Assembly: GCA_963813715.1 (NCBI GenBank)
Contig: CAWFAK010000005.1
Location: 1,280,001 to 1,344,000 of the forward strand
Length of the DNA: 64,000 nt
Direction: 5' to 3'
Source of the DNA: an uncultured Planctomycetaceae bacterium
GTDB taxonomy: Bacteria > Planctomycetota > Planctomycetia > Planctomycetales > Planctomycetaceae
Part shown: one piece after another, positions 21,925-34,038 of the stretch
How positions within the stretch are numbered: position 1 is the stretch's first letter
Layout of the letters: each line of letters opens with the position of its first letter
Notes under the pieces: generated by a model
What the model saw: the letters and a program-made list of their open reading frames with translations, nothing else
The model's database searches: none
What the model was told of the DNA's origin: nothing
Program-made: the position numbers and the translations under genes

Positions 21925-22392
21925 ATGGATCCCATTGCCGTCGCCACCAGCGCCTTTCTGGTCGTCGGCCTGCGGACCCGCACCACAAATCGAATCGAGG
22001 CCGTCCCCGAGATGGCCAAGATCTCCCCTTTGTGGCGGCGGTTCTGCGCGGACGATGTCTCGAACCAGATTCCCCATCGCCTGCCCGACTCCCCGGAAAT
22101 TGTCGCCGTCTACTTCGATTACGAAGGCGACTACCGGGGCCAATATTCACTGATCGTCGGGCACAAAGTGACGTCGCTCGACAACGCTCCCAAAGGGATG
22201 GGTGGCGTGCTTGTTCGCGCCGGACGCTACCTGCGGTTCCCGGCCGAGGGGCCGATGCCCGTCGCGCTCGTCGACGCCTGGAAGGGAATCTGGCAGTTCT
22301 TCGATCTCTCGCACGAGTACGAACGGGCCTACGCCACCGACTTCGAGGTCCACGGCCCCAACGCCGTGGAAGTCTACATCGGAGTAAAGTGA
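21925..22392 (+). CDS. GyrI-like small-molecule/effector-binding domain protein
   Basis: VVGLRTRTTN, VYFDYEGD, GPMP..W..IW, RAYATDFE. Confidence 0.87.
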   Translation: MDPIAVATSAFLVVGLRTRTTNRIEAVPEMAKISPLWRRFCADDVSNQIPHRLPDSPEIVAVYFDYEGDYRGQYSLIVGHKVTSLDNAPKGMGGVLVRAGRYLRFPAEGPMPVALVDAWKGIWQFFDLSHEYERAYATDFEVHGPNAVEVYIGVK

Positions 22393-22473
22393 CAGCCGGC
22401 GTGAAGTGACGGCCAGCGTGAATTGACGCAGGCCGGACTCGTTCTCGCGTTGCGATGGAAAGCGAACAGCCGC

Positions 22474-24233
22474 TTAACGCCGTGTGACCCGCGGCACGCT
22501 CAAAGTCACAAACTCGACGGAGGAGTCTTTCCCCTCCTCCATGCTGGCTCCGCCCACAACCACCAGCGACGAGCCTCCCGCGCACAGCAACCGATGGAAG
22601 AAACGCGGTCGGCTGAGTCGGCCCGCTTCGTTCCAGCTCTGGCCATCGTCGGAGAGCCGCGAAATTTTTCCAGCATAGGTCGTGGCGAAGAGTTGTCCTC
22701 CGCAAGTCACCGCGCAGCCGCCGAAACCCTCCAGCCCCTCGCCCGGCAGCTTCGGGCCGGTCGACCACTTGTGCGTCGCTAAATCGAGGACGTAGGTGGT
22801 CGTCGTCGGTCCGCCCTGCTCCTGCATCCCTCCCAGCACATACACCTTGTTTTGTGCTTCACCCACGGCCAACGCGCGGCGATGAAAGGGGGCCTTGGAG
22901 ATTTGTTCCCACGTTGGACGGTCGGTTGATAAGTCGGCAGCCAGGACCGTGTCGTCCCAGACGCTCGGCTCGTTGCCGCGAAGCTCCCAGCCGCCGACCA
23001 CGATCAGGCGGCTGCCGACGACCACGGCATCGTGCGACGAACGTCCCTTGGGCAGCGGCGCCAGAGATTCCCAGTGTCCCGACGCCGGATCGAAGCGGCT
23101 GAAGTCGGGCACCGAGTGCAGGTCGGACTTTTGTCCTTCCTTGTTGCGGGCCTCGAACCCGCCGATCCGGTAGATCTTCCCGCCGTAAGAGACCATCGCC
23201 AGCCCGGCTCCGCGGGGGACGATGCCCAACGCTTCCCACTTGTGCGGCGAGCGCAGGTCGAGTCGCAGAAACTGGTCGGACTGCCCTTCGCGACTGTATT
23301 CGTGCGCGGGACCTTTTTGGCCCGCGCAGACATAAAGCTGCTGATCAACCAGCGCGGCGCCGAAGCTCGTAATCCCAAACGGAAGGTCTGGCAATGCGTG
23401 ATCCTTGTTGCGCGACTGCACCTTGACGGAGGTCCGCATCAGCTTCGACCGTTTTGCGACGGCCGCCCGCGGAGCGCCGCCCCTGGAGTGCCCGCCCCCG
23501 CAGGAACCGTGCGGGCCGTGACTTCGCGGCTCGGTTCGCCGACGTACGTGACCACCAGCGTACTATAGTGGCGAATGTTAGCGTACTTCTTCCCGCCGTG
23601 CGTGCCGGCGACCGGTTCCACATGTTTGGCGCGAAAGGCGTAAATACCAGGCTCGCTCGCTGCGATCGCGTACGAGCCGGACGCGTCGGTTTTCCCGTCG
23701 ATCTTTCGCTGTCCGGCGGCTTCTCCCTTCATCTCGGCGTCGGCGAGCGGTTGCCCCTTCCACAGCACGCGAACGACAAGCTTTCCGTCGGCAAGCGCGG
23801 GAACCAGTTCGAGCGGGAGCTGCTGCTTAGACGCCGGCGGCTGCCACTGATTGCGGGCCGAAGCGGGATACATCCGGCTGTAGTAAACGAGCAAGCTCGG
23901 CTCGCCGCCGCGGCCGAACAAACCGTAGGTGTGGTTGATGCTGAACGATTGGGCCGGCGCGGTCGCCACGGGGATGGCCACGATCGACTGCTTCCCGATG
24001 ATGGTTTTCAGGTCGTGCGACTTCCCGTCGACCGAGATCTCACTCAGCTTCAGTCCATCCAGGCGCGACAGCAGCGACGGATCGTCGGCCTCGGGAGTCT
24101 CGCTGAAGTAGACGTGGACTTGCGACTCGTGCGGCGAGGAATCGGGGGCGATCCAGAGAAAGTGAGCCTCGGCACGAGTGGCGGTCGCCACGGCGATGGC
24201 CGCCCACAACACGGTCGTTCGGGAAGAAAGCAT
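22474..24233 (-). CDS. Secreted DUF4198-like plus Kelch-repeat protein (probably one gene split near 23440)
   Basis: AEAHFLW signal/first motif and GQPL..TDASG domain; Kelch repeats (YRIGG, VVGGW, VLGG); the two ORFs abut at TGATG. Confidence 0.75.
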
Positions 24234-24380
24234 GAATCGTCCTTTGTGCCAGGCTGCGGCCGACGCTTTGGCCGCGACTTCCACCCGGAGCGTCGAGCGT
24301 CGATTGTAGCGTCTGGGGATCGCAATTTCCCGCGGCCGTGCACGCAGGACTGGCCCGGGATCGAAACTGCTCGACGCCCT

Positions 24381-25219
24381 CTAGGTGCCGGCCGGCCAGT
24401 CGCCCGTGAAGACCTCGGCCGCGGGTCCCGTCATTTCGACTTCCCCGCCGCTCGTCCAGTTCAGCTCGAGATCGCCGCCCGGCAGGTGCGTCACAATCTG
24501 GCGATCGGTAAGCCCCGCCAGGACGCCCGCTACGGCCGCCGCGCAGGCGCCCGTGCCGCAGGCCTGCGTCTCGCCCGAGCCGCGCTCCCACACTCGCAGC
24601 ACCGTTTCCGTGCGTGACAGCACTTTCACAAATTCCGCGTTCACGCGGTTGGGAAAGGCCGGGTGACGCTCGATCTGCGGTCCAACTCGTAGCACCAAAT
24701 CGTCGGTGATCTCGTCGACGAATGTCACACAATGCGGATTGCCCATCGAGACGCACGTCACCTTGAGCGAGCGGCCGGCGACGTCGAGCGGAACGAGCAC
24801 GGGCGGGTCGCCCGGCAGTCGCGTCGGAATCTCCGCGCTCTTGAGGATCGGCTGCCCCATGCCGACGCGCACCCGATCCACAGGCCGTTGGCGGCCAACA
24901 CCTGGAGCGTGAGCACGCCACGCCCGGTCTCAATGCGAAGCGTCTCTTTGCGGGCGATTCCGTGGTCGTAGACAAACTTGGCCACGCACCGCACGCCGTT
25001 GCCGCACATTTCGGCTTCGCTGCCGTCCGCGTTAAACATCTGCATCCGCGCGTCGGCCACCGTCGACGGACGAATGAGAATCAGGCCGTCCGAGCCGATC
25101 CCCTTGTGGCGATCGCTGACGAGGCGTGCCAACTCGGACAGGTCGCCCGGCGGCGTCTGCTCGAAGCAATTGACGTAGACGTAGTCGTTGCCGGCTCCGT
25201 GCATCTTGGTGAAACGCAT
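24381..25219 (-). CDS. dapF: Diaminopimelate epimerase (frameshift ~24885)
   Basis: [37 protein letters not shown]. Confidence 0.95.
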
Positions 25220-25233
25220 GACCAGTCTCGCAA

Positions 25234-26250
25234 TCAGGCTTTCGGCCGCAGGCCGCGGAACACCGAACGCCGCATCGGATTGTCCCGCGAGGTGAATTCT
25301 TCGTCGGCTGCGGCCGGACCGGCAAGCGCGCCGGCCAGCATGTGAAACTTGGCGTCGACGTCGTCGGCAAAGTAGACCAACAACGCCTCGGGTGTGCGCG
25401 GCTCGACTGGCGAACCCCACTCGGGCAGGTTTTGATGCGCCAGGATGATGTGCTCGAGCCGCAGCAGCGTTTCGCGATCCAGGCCCTCGACGTGACGCCC
25501 CCGGTCCCGCACGAAGTCGCGGCCCAGGACGATGTGGCCGATCAGCTCGCCTTCGGCCGTGCGTCGCATCCCGACGAGCGGGCCTTCCAACTCGACCAGT
25601 TTGCCGATGTCATGCAAGATGGCCCCGGCGATGACCAGCGATTTGTTGAGTGGCGGCTGCAGGTCGGGGTAGTCGGCCGCGTACTTGTCGGCCAGAAAGC
25701 GGGCGTTGCGCGTCACGGAAAGGACGTGCTCCAAAAATCCTCCCAGATACGCGTGATGGTTCTTGAGTGCCGCCGAGCCGCGCTTGATGGCGTCGGCATG
25801 CTCGTCCAGGATCCCGACAACCAATCGCCGCAGAGGTTCGCTCTCGATTCGCTCTTGGGCCAGCGTTCGCAGTTCGACGAACATGGCTTCGATGTCGAAA
25901 CGGGTCGATTTGACGAGGGCCGTTTCATCGAAGCCGTCGGCGCGATCCGCCTCTTCCGCCGCGCGGATTTTTTCGAGTTCGAGCTGCAGCCCGTACGAGC
26001 TTTCCACCAGCCGACAGCGGACTTTGTAGAACGTGCCCACCTTCCACGTGGTGTCGCACGCCTCGAAACAGGGCGAATCCGACCAGACCATCGCCGTCGC
26101 GGCTCGACCCGAATCGGAGAATGTCACTCGGTAGTAGGGCTTTCCGTCGCGCGTGGTCGCCCGGTCGCGGCCGGACAGCAGCACGAAGCAATCGGCTTGC
26201 TGCCCCGGCTTCAATTCGACCAATCGCACGATTTTGGCATCTCCGGGCAT
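25234..26250 (-). CDS. YhaM-family 3'-5' exoribonuclease (OB fold plus HD domain)
   Basis: GKPYY OB fold, [29 protein letters not shown]. Confidence 0.87.
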   Translation of the reverse strand: MPGDAKIVRLVELKPGQQADCFVLLSGRDRATTRDGKPYYRVTFSDSGRAATAMVWSDSPCFEACDTTWKVGTFYKVRCRLVESSYGLQLELEKIRAAEEADRADGFDETALVKSTRFDIEAMFVELRTLAQERIESEPLRRLVVGILDEHADAIKRGSAALKNHHAYLGGFLEHVLSVTRNARFLADKYAADYPDLQPPLNKSLVIAGAILHDIGKLVELEGPLVGMRRTAEGELIGHIVLGRDFVRDRGRHVEGLDRETLLRLEHIILAHQNLPEWGSPVEPRTPEALLVYFADDVDAKFHMLAGALAGPAAADEEFTSRDNPMRRSVFRGLRPKA

Positions 26251-26477
26251 TCCGTCACTTTATCGCTTGGCGGCCCGCCTAAAAAGAGGCCGCCCAAGGG
26301 CGCACGGCTCGCGAGGACGGCGAGTGGGCGGCCGCGGAGCATTCCTCCGTTTCGGCATGAAGCCGGTTCCGCTGCCGGCATTCGGTACCTCTGGCCCGTG
26401 CCGGGTGATAGACTGCGGAGTTTGAGCAACCTTTTCGGAGGTGTCCGCCCTTCACACACGAACGACGGAAAGCTGGT

Positions 26478-28884
26478 ATGGACTGCCACCGCATTTCGAC
26501 GCGAGCCCTCGGTTCCCTGTTCCTCTTCTGGACGTTGCTCGGACTCGCGGGGGACGGACTAACCGGCCGACGAGCCCCGCAAGCAGCCGATCAAAGCCGT
26601 TCGCCCGAAATCGACCGACGAAACCGATTTCGGCCAGTACTACGGCTTCAAGCCGGTCGAAGTCGTCAAGCTCGAGCCGCGGGTGAGCAACCTGCTGGCG
26701 GGCGACTTCAACAACGACGGCCTGGGCGACCTGGCACTCTTCGACAACGGGCATGCGCGGATCGACCTCTTGCTGCAACGGCGGCGGCCCGCCGAAGCGT
26801 CCGCAGACACGACGCCCCTGGACGTCAACGAGGTTGCCAGCGATGGGCGCTTCGAGCACAAGAAAATCCCGCTCGACAAACAGCTGGCCTCGATGGCGAT
26901 GGGCGACTTCAACGGGGACGGTCGCACGGACCTCGCCTGTTTCGGTCTGCCCGACCACCTGCTCATTCTCTATCAGCCGGCCAAGGGCGAATGGCACGAA
27001 CACGCCTCGATGCGCGTGCCCGACGTGGCTCCCGTGCAATGGAACATGGCGGCCGGCGACGTGAATGGCGACGGCAAGGACGACCTGGTCGTTCTGGGCA
27101 GGCACCAAACCTATATCTTCCTGCAGGAAGCCAAGGGAGGACTCGCCCCGCCCATCGTGCTGATGAACACGTCCGAAAAACTGTCGCTGGCCCAGGTCGC
27201 CGACCTCAACGGCGACGGCCGCAAAGACCTTGTGTATGTCGCCGGCGAAGGGCAGGAGCGGACGCTGTGCGCCCGGTTGCAGGACGATTCCGGTCGCTTG
27301 GGTCCCGAGCTGCAGTTCGAGGTCGATCCGCCGCGTTCCGTCTCCTACGCGGACCTCGACGGCCATAAGGGCCGCGAGATCCTGACCATCGACAACCAGA
27401 CGGGGCGTCTGAAGATTCTGCAAATGGAACCGGCCAAGAAAGGTGACGATGAACCGGCCGGACGCCTCGTGCAAACCGGCTTCGGCCGCCAGGAGTCGGG
27501 CGATCGGACCCGCGACGTTGCGCTGGGAGACATCGACGGCGACGGGCTGGCCGACCTCGTGGTCACCGATCCCGAAGGGGCCGGCGTCTTCGTTTTCCGT
27601 CAGCACAAGGGGGAGGGTCTCGATCCCGGGCAGACGTTCCCCAGTTTTGCCGGCGTGGCCCAGGTGCGGATTGCCGATCTCGACGGCGACAAGGCCAACG
27701 AGGTCGTCGTGCTCAGCACCAAGGAGCGAGCGATCGGCATCAGTCGCTTTCAAAACGGACGTCTGACGTTTCCCGAAACAGTGCCTCTGGGAGAAGACGA
27801 GCCGCTCTTGCTGGAGATCGCCGATCTCAACGGCGACAAGAAGCCGGAGATTCTCTACATCTCTCGCGTGCGCGCGTCTGGTGGCAACACCCAATACGTG
27901 CTGCACGCGCTGGAACGGGCGGACAAAAAATGGCGGCCCTTCGCCTTCGGCTCCGGCAAGCGGACCGACTTGCCGCTCGACCTGCAAGGGACGCCGACGC
28001 AGCTCTTGCGTCTGGAGACGAATCGCGATGGCCGGCCGAACTTCCTGCTCTTTCAGGAGGAGAGCGATCGCGGGCCGTTGCTGTTAGCGACGGCGGCCGA
28101 CGGCAAAATCGCGCCCGTACCCGTTGAGGACAGTCCGCGCTTGGGAACGGCGCGGCCGGGGGCCGTCTTCCTCACGCAGGATGCGGCGCCGACGCTGCTC
28201 GTCGCGCAGGAAAACTTTGCCCGCAAACTGCAGCGCGCGAAAGATTCGAGCTGGCGCGTCGTCGATCAATACAACGCGTCCGAGCCCTCGGCCAAGATCG
28301 TGGGCGCGGCGATGATCGATCTCGACGGCAAGCCCGGGCGCGAGATCGTGCTGGTCGACACGGGAATCCGCAAGATTCGCGTGCTGCGTAAAGAGGGGGA
28401 CGTCTTTCGCCCCTGGAAGGAAATCGAGCTGGGATCATTCCCCTACGAGTCGATTCGCGTGGCCGATCTCAACGGGGACGGTCGCGAAGATTTGCTGCTC
28501 ATCGGCCGCGGCCGCTTCGCCGTCCTTTACGCCGGCAAGATGCTGCCGACGCTCAACGAGCTGGGCACGTTCGAATCGAAGTTGGCGAAGACTTATTTCT
28601 CGGACGTGGTGGCCGGGGATCTGAACGGAGACGGCCGCACCGACCTGGCTCTGATCGACACGCAGTCGCATTTCATCGAAATTCTGCGGCTCGATGCCGA
28701 TCACCGGCCGCATCACGCCTTGCAATTCAAAGTCTTCGAAGAGAAGAGCTTCTCCGAGGGACGCGAGGGAGGGACCGAGCCGCGAGAAGGCGTGATCGCG
28801 GACGTGACCGGCGACGGCAAAGCCGACCTGATCCTGCTCTCGCACGACCGCGTGCTCGTCTATCCGCAGGATGACGGCAAGTAG
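26478..28884 (+). CDS. Secreted FG-GAP/VCBS repeat protein (frameshift in N-terminal region ~26560-26580)
   Basis: More than ten D-x-N/D-G-D-G-x-x-D/E repeats; signal peptide lies in ORF 26478. Confidence 0.85.
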
Positions 28885-28946
28885 CCCGGCTCAACGAGCC
28901 CGGCCTGTACCCGCGCAACGCCCTCGGGCGATCACTTGCGACGAGA

Positions 28947-29409
28947 TTAGTGGTGCGCGGCGGCCGGGGCTGCGTGCCCCGTGTCGTGCGAATCGCCGTG
29001 CCCGGCGTGATGGTGCTCTTCCTCGGCCGGTTCCTCGAACTGGCACCACGAGCCGCACGCACCCGAAAGCTGGACCGATCCGCACAGCAGCATGATGCAA
29101 ATCAGCGCGGTCACCAGCACCGTCTTGCCGACGAAGTTCCCCAGGGTCAGACCGAGGAATTGGTGGGCACCGGCGGCCGGCGGAGCGACCGTCCCCCAGA
29201 CGAGCACGGCCAAAAACCCGAGCAGGACGACGCCGACCCAGCCCGCCTTGCAGCAGGACCGACCGCAGCTTGGTCCAGTTGACGGCAAAGGTCCAAAAGG
29301 CGACCCAAGCGACGAGCGGGAGCAATGGCAACAACACCCGCCCGATACTGACGGCCAACACCGCCAGATCGTGGAAGAGGTCCAGCAGGTTGTTAAGTAC
29401 GGCGTCCAT
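28947..29409 (-). CDS. Hypothetical membrane protein with His-rich tail (frameshift ~29270)
   Basis: Joined ORFs give about three TM helices and EEEHHHAGHGDSH tail. Confidence 0.7.
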
Positions 29410-29521
29410 GGAGTCAGCTTCTTCAAAATTCGGTAGGAACCGGCCAGAATGCGGATGTAACAAAAATCCTCTCGACTCGCCACCGTAGGCATTGTGGCTG
29501 CGACCTGACCGAGGAAGCACA

Positions 29522-29953
29522 ATGAGCACGTTGCCCGAAAATGACGGCACGAAGAACCAAGCGTCGCGATTAGTGGCCGGAGAGTCCAAAGGCCGAGCCA
29601 AGGAATCATTTCTCAATTGGTGGGGCTTCATTCCAGCTGCGGTCTTCATCGGATTGGAAATACTCTTCTGCCGGCCCGCCGGTGATCCGAACGCGGGCGA
29701 CGTGGACCGTCTCGTGGGCTACATTTGTGGGCACGCGATCTTCGGAATCGTGATTTCGCTTTTTGCGGCCTACCTCATGTACATGCTCACTCGAAAATCC
29801 CGCCTCGTTTCGACCTTGGCCTTCTCGTTCGGAATGGTTTTCTTCAGCCTGGTCGTGTTGGCAACTGCGGCGAACCAGCGAGCGCGCCAACGTGCAAGGC
29901 CCGGGGACGCCGCGGGCAGAGCCCGCTCGGCACAACTAAACGATGCGGCATGA
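29522..29953 (+). CDS. Hypothetical membrane protein
   Basis: Three hydrophobic segments; GAGGA upstream of ATG. Confidence 0.6.
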   Translation: MSTLPENDGTKNQASRLVAGESKGRAKESFLNWWGFIPAAVFIGLEILFCRPAGDPNAGDVDRLVGYICGHAIFGIVISLFAAYLMYMLTRKSRLVSTLAFSFGMVFFSLVVLATAANQRARQRARPGDAAGRARSAQLNDAA

Positions 29954-31330
29954 GAGCGAACGGAGCGTCCTTTTTCCAAGCGGCAGCAAAGCCGCCTACG
30001 CGGAGGATCAAACGCCATGGCGGGCGCGAAACACGCTCTATTGCGGCGACAATCTCGATGTCCTGCGCCGCGACGGCCGCGATGATACGGTCGATCTGGT
30101 CTATCTCGATCCCCCGTTCAACAGCCAGCAGAACTATCACCTGCTGTTCCGTGGCCGCAACGGCACACGCCCCGTCCGTCCGGTCCGGGCGTTCGAGGAC
30201 ACGTGGTGCTGGGACGACGCCGCGGCCGCGTCGTTCCAGGAGACCCTCGCGAGCGGAGGCCGCGTTGCGGACGCTTTGGGGGCCTTTCGCCAGCTGCTCG
30301 GCGAATCGGACATGCTGGCCTACCTGTCGATGATGGCCCCGCGGCTCGTCGAGCTGCGGCGCGTGCTCAAAAGCAGCGGCTCGCTTTACCTGCACTGCGA
30401 TCCGTCCGCCGGGCATTATCTCAAGATCTTGCTCGACGCCGTTTTCGGACCGGAAAACTTCCGCAACGAAATCGTCTGGCGGCGGACCGGCGCCCACGGG
30501 CCGCGTCGCAGTTTCGGTCCCATTCACGACACGCTGCTCTTCTACTCGAAGACAGGCGAATACTTCTTTCAGGTCGTCAAACGGCCCTACATGAAGGGGC
30601 ACGTCGACTCGCGCTACGCGCTCGACGCCGCCACGGGACGCTACAAGTTCACGAGCGGCGGGAACGTGCTGACCGGGGCCAATGCCACGCAGGGAGAATC
30701 CGGGCCAGCCGTGGCGTGGCTTTGATCCCTCCGCGAAAAATCGGCACTGGGCGATTCCCGGCTTTCTCGCCGAACAGATGCCGCCAGAATTCGCGCGGCA
30801 GGGCGTGCTGGCCAAGCTCGAAGCACTCTACGCCGCCGGTCTCATCGAAATCCGACCCGGCGCGGCGTGGCCAACCCCTGTCCGCTATCTGCGCGACGAC
30901 GACGGCCATCCGTACGGCGACATCTGGGCCTATCAGCCCTACACCAACGGGGCCGTTCACGGCACGAAGGACGGGATCGACGCGGACGTCGCCTGGCTGG
31001 GGCCCACCGATCCTGAGCGGCTCGGCTACCAGACGCAGAAGCCGCTCGGCCTGCTTGGCGCGGATCATCGGCAGTTCGTGTCCGCCGCAGGGACTCGTGC
31101 TCGACCCGTTTTGCGGGAGCGGAACGACGATCGTGGCGGCGCAGGGTGCCTCGTGTCGTTGGATCGGCATCGAACAGAACCGGACGGCGATCGAATTGCT
31201 CCAAGAGCGGCTGCGCACCGACTTCGAGTGGGAGCCGAATCGTGATTATGCCGTCGTCGGTGAGCCGTCGATGCCTGCGGCAAAACGCCGGCGTAAGCCC
31301 GTGTCGGCGCAGGTTCGTTCCCGACGCTGA
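29943..31330 (+). CDS. Site-specific amino (N6A/N4C) DNA methyltransferase, beta class (frameshifts ~30710, ~31060)
   Basis: [45 protein letters not shown]. Confidence 0.9.
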
Positions 31331-31342
31331 ATGAACGGCCGC

Positions 31343-32834
31343 CTACTCCTCCCAATCGAGCGAGCGGGCGACGGCTTTCTTCCAGCGCGTGTAGAGCTGT
31401 TGCCGCTTGTCCGCCGCCATCGCCGGTTTGAATTGCCGATCGAGGGCCCAGTTGCGGCGGACGTCTTCCTGGTCTTTCCAGAAACCGACTGCGAGTCCGG
31501 CGAGGTAGGCGGCGCCGAGGGCCGTCGTTTCCTGCACGACGGGCCGCTGCACGTCGACGCCCAACACGTCGGACTGAAACTGCATCAGCAGATTGTTGAC
31601 GGCCGCTCCGCCGTCGACTTTGAGCACGGCGAGCGGCGTGCCTGAATCCTGCTGCATGGCGTCGAGCACTTCGCGGGACTGATAGGCCATCGAATCGAGG
31701 GCCGCGCGAGCGAGGTGCGCAGGCCGTCGTTCCTCGCGTCACGCCGACGATCGTGCCGCGGGCCCCCTGGTTCCAATGCGGTGCGCCCAGTCCAACGAAC
31801 GCCGGGACAAGGAACACACCGCCGGCATCCGGAACCGAAGCGGCCAGCTTTTCGATATCGGCAGCGGTCGTGATCATCTTCAGGCCGTCCCGCAGCCATT
31901 GGACGACGGCCCCGGCGATGAAGACGGATCCTTCGAGACAATAGGTGACTTTGCCGCCGAGGCCCCAGCCGATCGTGGTGATCAGCCCGTTCTTCGACGC
32001 GACCGGCTTGGCTCCCGTGTTCATCAGCATGAAGCAGCCTGTCCCGTACGTGTTCTTTGCCGCCCCTGGCTCAAAGCAAGCCTGGCCGAACGTGGCGGCC
32101 TGCTGGTCGCCGATGTCGGAGGCGATCGGCAGCGCTGCGCCCAGCAGCGCACGATCCGTCTCGCCGTAGACCTCGCTGGACGGCTTCACCTCGGGCAGCA
32201 TGGCGCGGGGGATTTTGAGGATCGAGAGCAGCTCGTCGTCCCAGTCGAGCTTGTGGATGTTGTAGATCAGCGTGCGGCTGGCGTTGCTGTAATCGGTGAC
32301 GTGGCGTTTGCCGCCGGTCAGCCGCCAGATCAAGAAGCTGTCGACCGTGCCGAAGAGCACGTCCCCCTTCTCGGCGCGGGCCCGCAATCCGGGGATCGTC
32401 TCCAGCAAGTGGGCGATCTTGGTGCCGGAGAAATAGGCGTCGACGACGAGACCTGTTCGCTCGCGAAACGTCGGCTCCAGTCCGTCGGCTTTGAGTCGCT
32501 CGCACATCGGGGCCGTGATGCGGCTCTGCCAAACGATGGCGTTGGCCACGGGCTTGCCCGTGCTTTTTTCCCAAACGATTGTGGTTTCGCGCTGGTTGGT
32601 GATGCCCACGGCGGCCACGTCGGACGTGCTGCGGCGACCCCGCGCGAGGGCCTCTTTCGTCACGGCGAGCTGCGTCTTCCAGATCGCTTCTGGATCGTGC
32701 TCGACGTGCCCGGGCTGGGGATAGATCTGATCGAACTCTTCCTGGGCCGAGGCGATGGGCCGGCCGTCGCGTCCGAACAGAATCGCCCGGCTGGAGGTTG
32801 TCCCCTGATCCAGAGCCAGCACACAGTCGGCCAT
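31343..32834 (-). CDS. glpK: Glycerol kinase (frameshift ~31721)
   Basis: [47 protein letters not shown]. Confidence 0.95.
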
Positions 32835-32887
32835 AAAGCGCGCTCCTTACGGCAAATCGCGGTCTGACGACTCACGGCGCCATCGCT

Positions 32888-33358
32888 TCACAGTTTAAAC
32901 AGAACTCTCTCGAAGTCGACGACCACGAAGCGTTTACCTCTCGGCACCACGCGATGTCCCTCCGCCTCGAGCCGGCTCTTAAGCGCTGCGACGCCGCCGG
33001 GGAACTTGGGATTGAGCTCGCCGCCTGCTTTGAGCGTTCGCCAATAGGGCGTAATCCGCTTGACGCCTTCGGCTGCAGCTTCCTCGGCCGCGTGCGCGGC
33101 GATCCAGGCGAAGATACCGGTCGTCAGTGGGCAGCCGATCGTCGCCTGATGCTTCCGCGCCAGGTGTTCGCGGATTTCGTTGATCGTGACGACGCGTCCT
33201 TTGGGCACCTTCCGCATCGCCTCGTCGACCTCGCGCGGCGCGGGGACAACGACTGTGCCGCGGCCCCACCGCGCCGACATCGCTCCCTCGATTTTGGCGA
33301 CCTTGGGCAAATCCTTGTCGTCGGCAAGTTTCTCCCGCCACGTTTTCCGCCGTGCCAT
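32888..33358 (-). CDS. MGMT-family DNA-binding (alkyltransferase-like) protein
   Basis: KVPKGRVVT, CPLTTG, PYWRTL in place of PCHRV, KFPGG..LEAEG. Confidence 0.8.
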   Translation of the reverse strand: MARRKTWREKLADDKDLPKVAKIEGAMSARWGRGTVVVPAPREVDEAMRKVPKGRVVTINEIREHLARKHQATIGCPLTTGIFAWIAAHAAEEAAAEGVKRITPYWRTLKAGGELNPKFPGGVAALKSRLEAEGHRVVPRGKRFVVVDFERVLFKL

Positions 33359-33425
33359 CCGAGGACCTCCCGAATCCGGCCGCAGACCGTGGCGCTGGCG
33401 GGTCGCCGTGGTGCGAAAGGCCGAT

Positions 33426-33818
33426 TCAGTGCGAAAGCAAGAGATACATGCTGTACAGCACGACGAGTGCGACCACCAGGGTCCCGAACTCGAGCAGGCG
33501 ACGGCCGAGATGCAGGTTGCGGATTGCCACGATCTGGGCGATGACTTCGACGACGGCCACCATCGAGAACTTGAAAATTACGATGCCCGGCAGGTTCCAA
33601 TGATAAAACACGTAACCGGCCACTGGGTTGGACTCGTAGAACATGGCCCGGCCGTCCGGCTCCGGGACATCCGAGAGCATCATGTAAGTCATCATCACGT
33701 CGAGCACGCTGACGATGACGAAGAGCGCGCTTTCCCGCTGCAGCGGCAGCGCCAGCCGAAACAGCACGTGCCAGATGCCGCGAGGTGTCGACTCCGGTGG
33801 CGAAACGGATTCGGGCAC
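33426..33818 (-). CDS. DUF5658-like small membrane protein
   Basis: LDVMMT..ESNPVA..FKF pattern with three TM helices; start codon uncertain. Confidence 0.7.
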   Translation of the reverse strand: MPESVSPPESTPRGIWHVLFRLALPLQRESALFVIVSVLDVMMTYMMLSDVPEPDGRAMFYESNPVAGYVFYHWNLPGIVIFKFSMVAVVEVIAQIVAIRNLHLGRRLLEFGTLVVALVVLYSMYLLLSH

Positions 33819-34038
33819 GGTCGCCTCGGACCAAGAGGGCGTTGATTGAGTCTGCAGACGCAGGGGCCGAAATGGCACGCCGTCGTGTTTGGCGTACCAT
33901 CTTAGCCGCACCGTTGCAAGACTTTAACGGGGGAGGCGACGCGCGAGCCAGCCCAGGCACAGCTGCCGAGAGTGCGAAGATTCCGCGCGACGGAAGCACA
34001 AGCGAGGCGGTCGACAGAGAAAGGTTCGAGCGGGCGCG

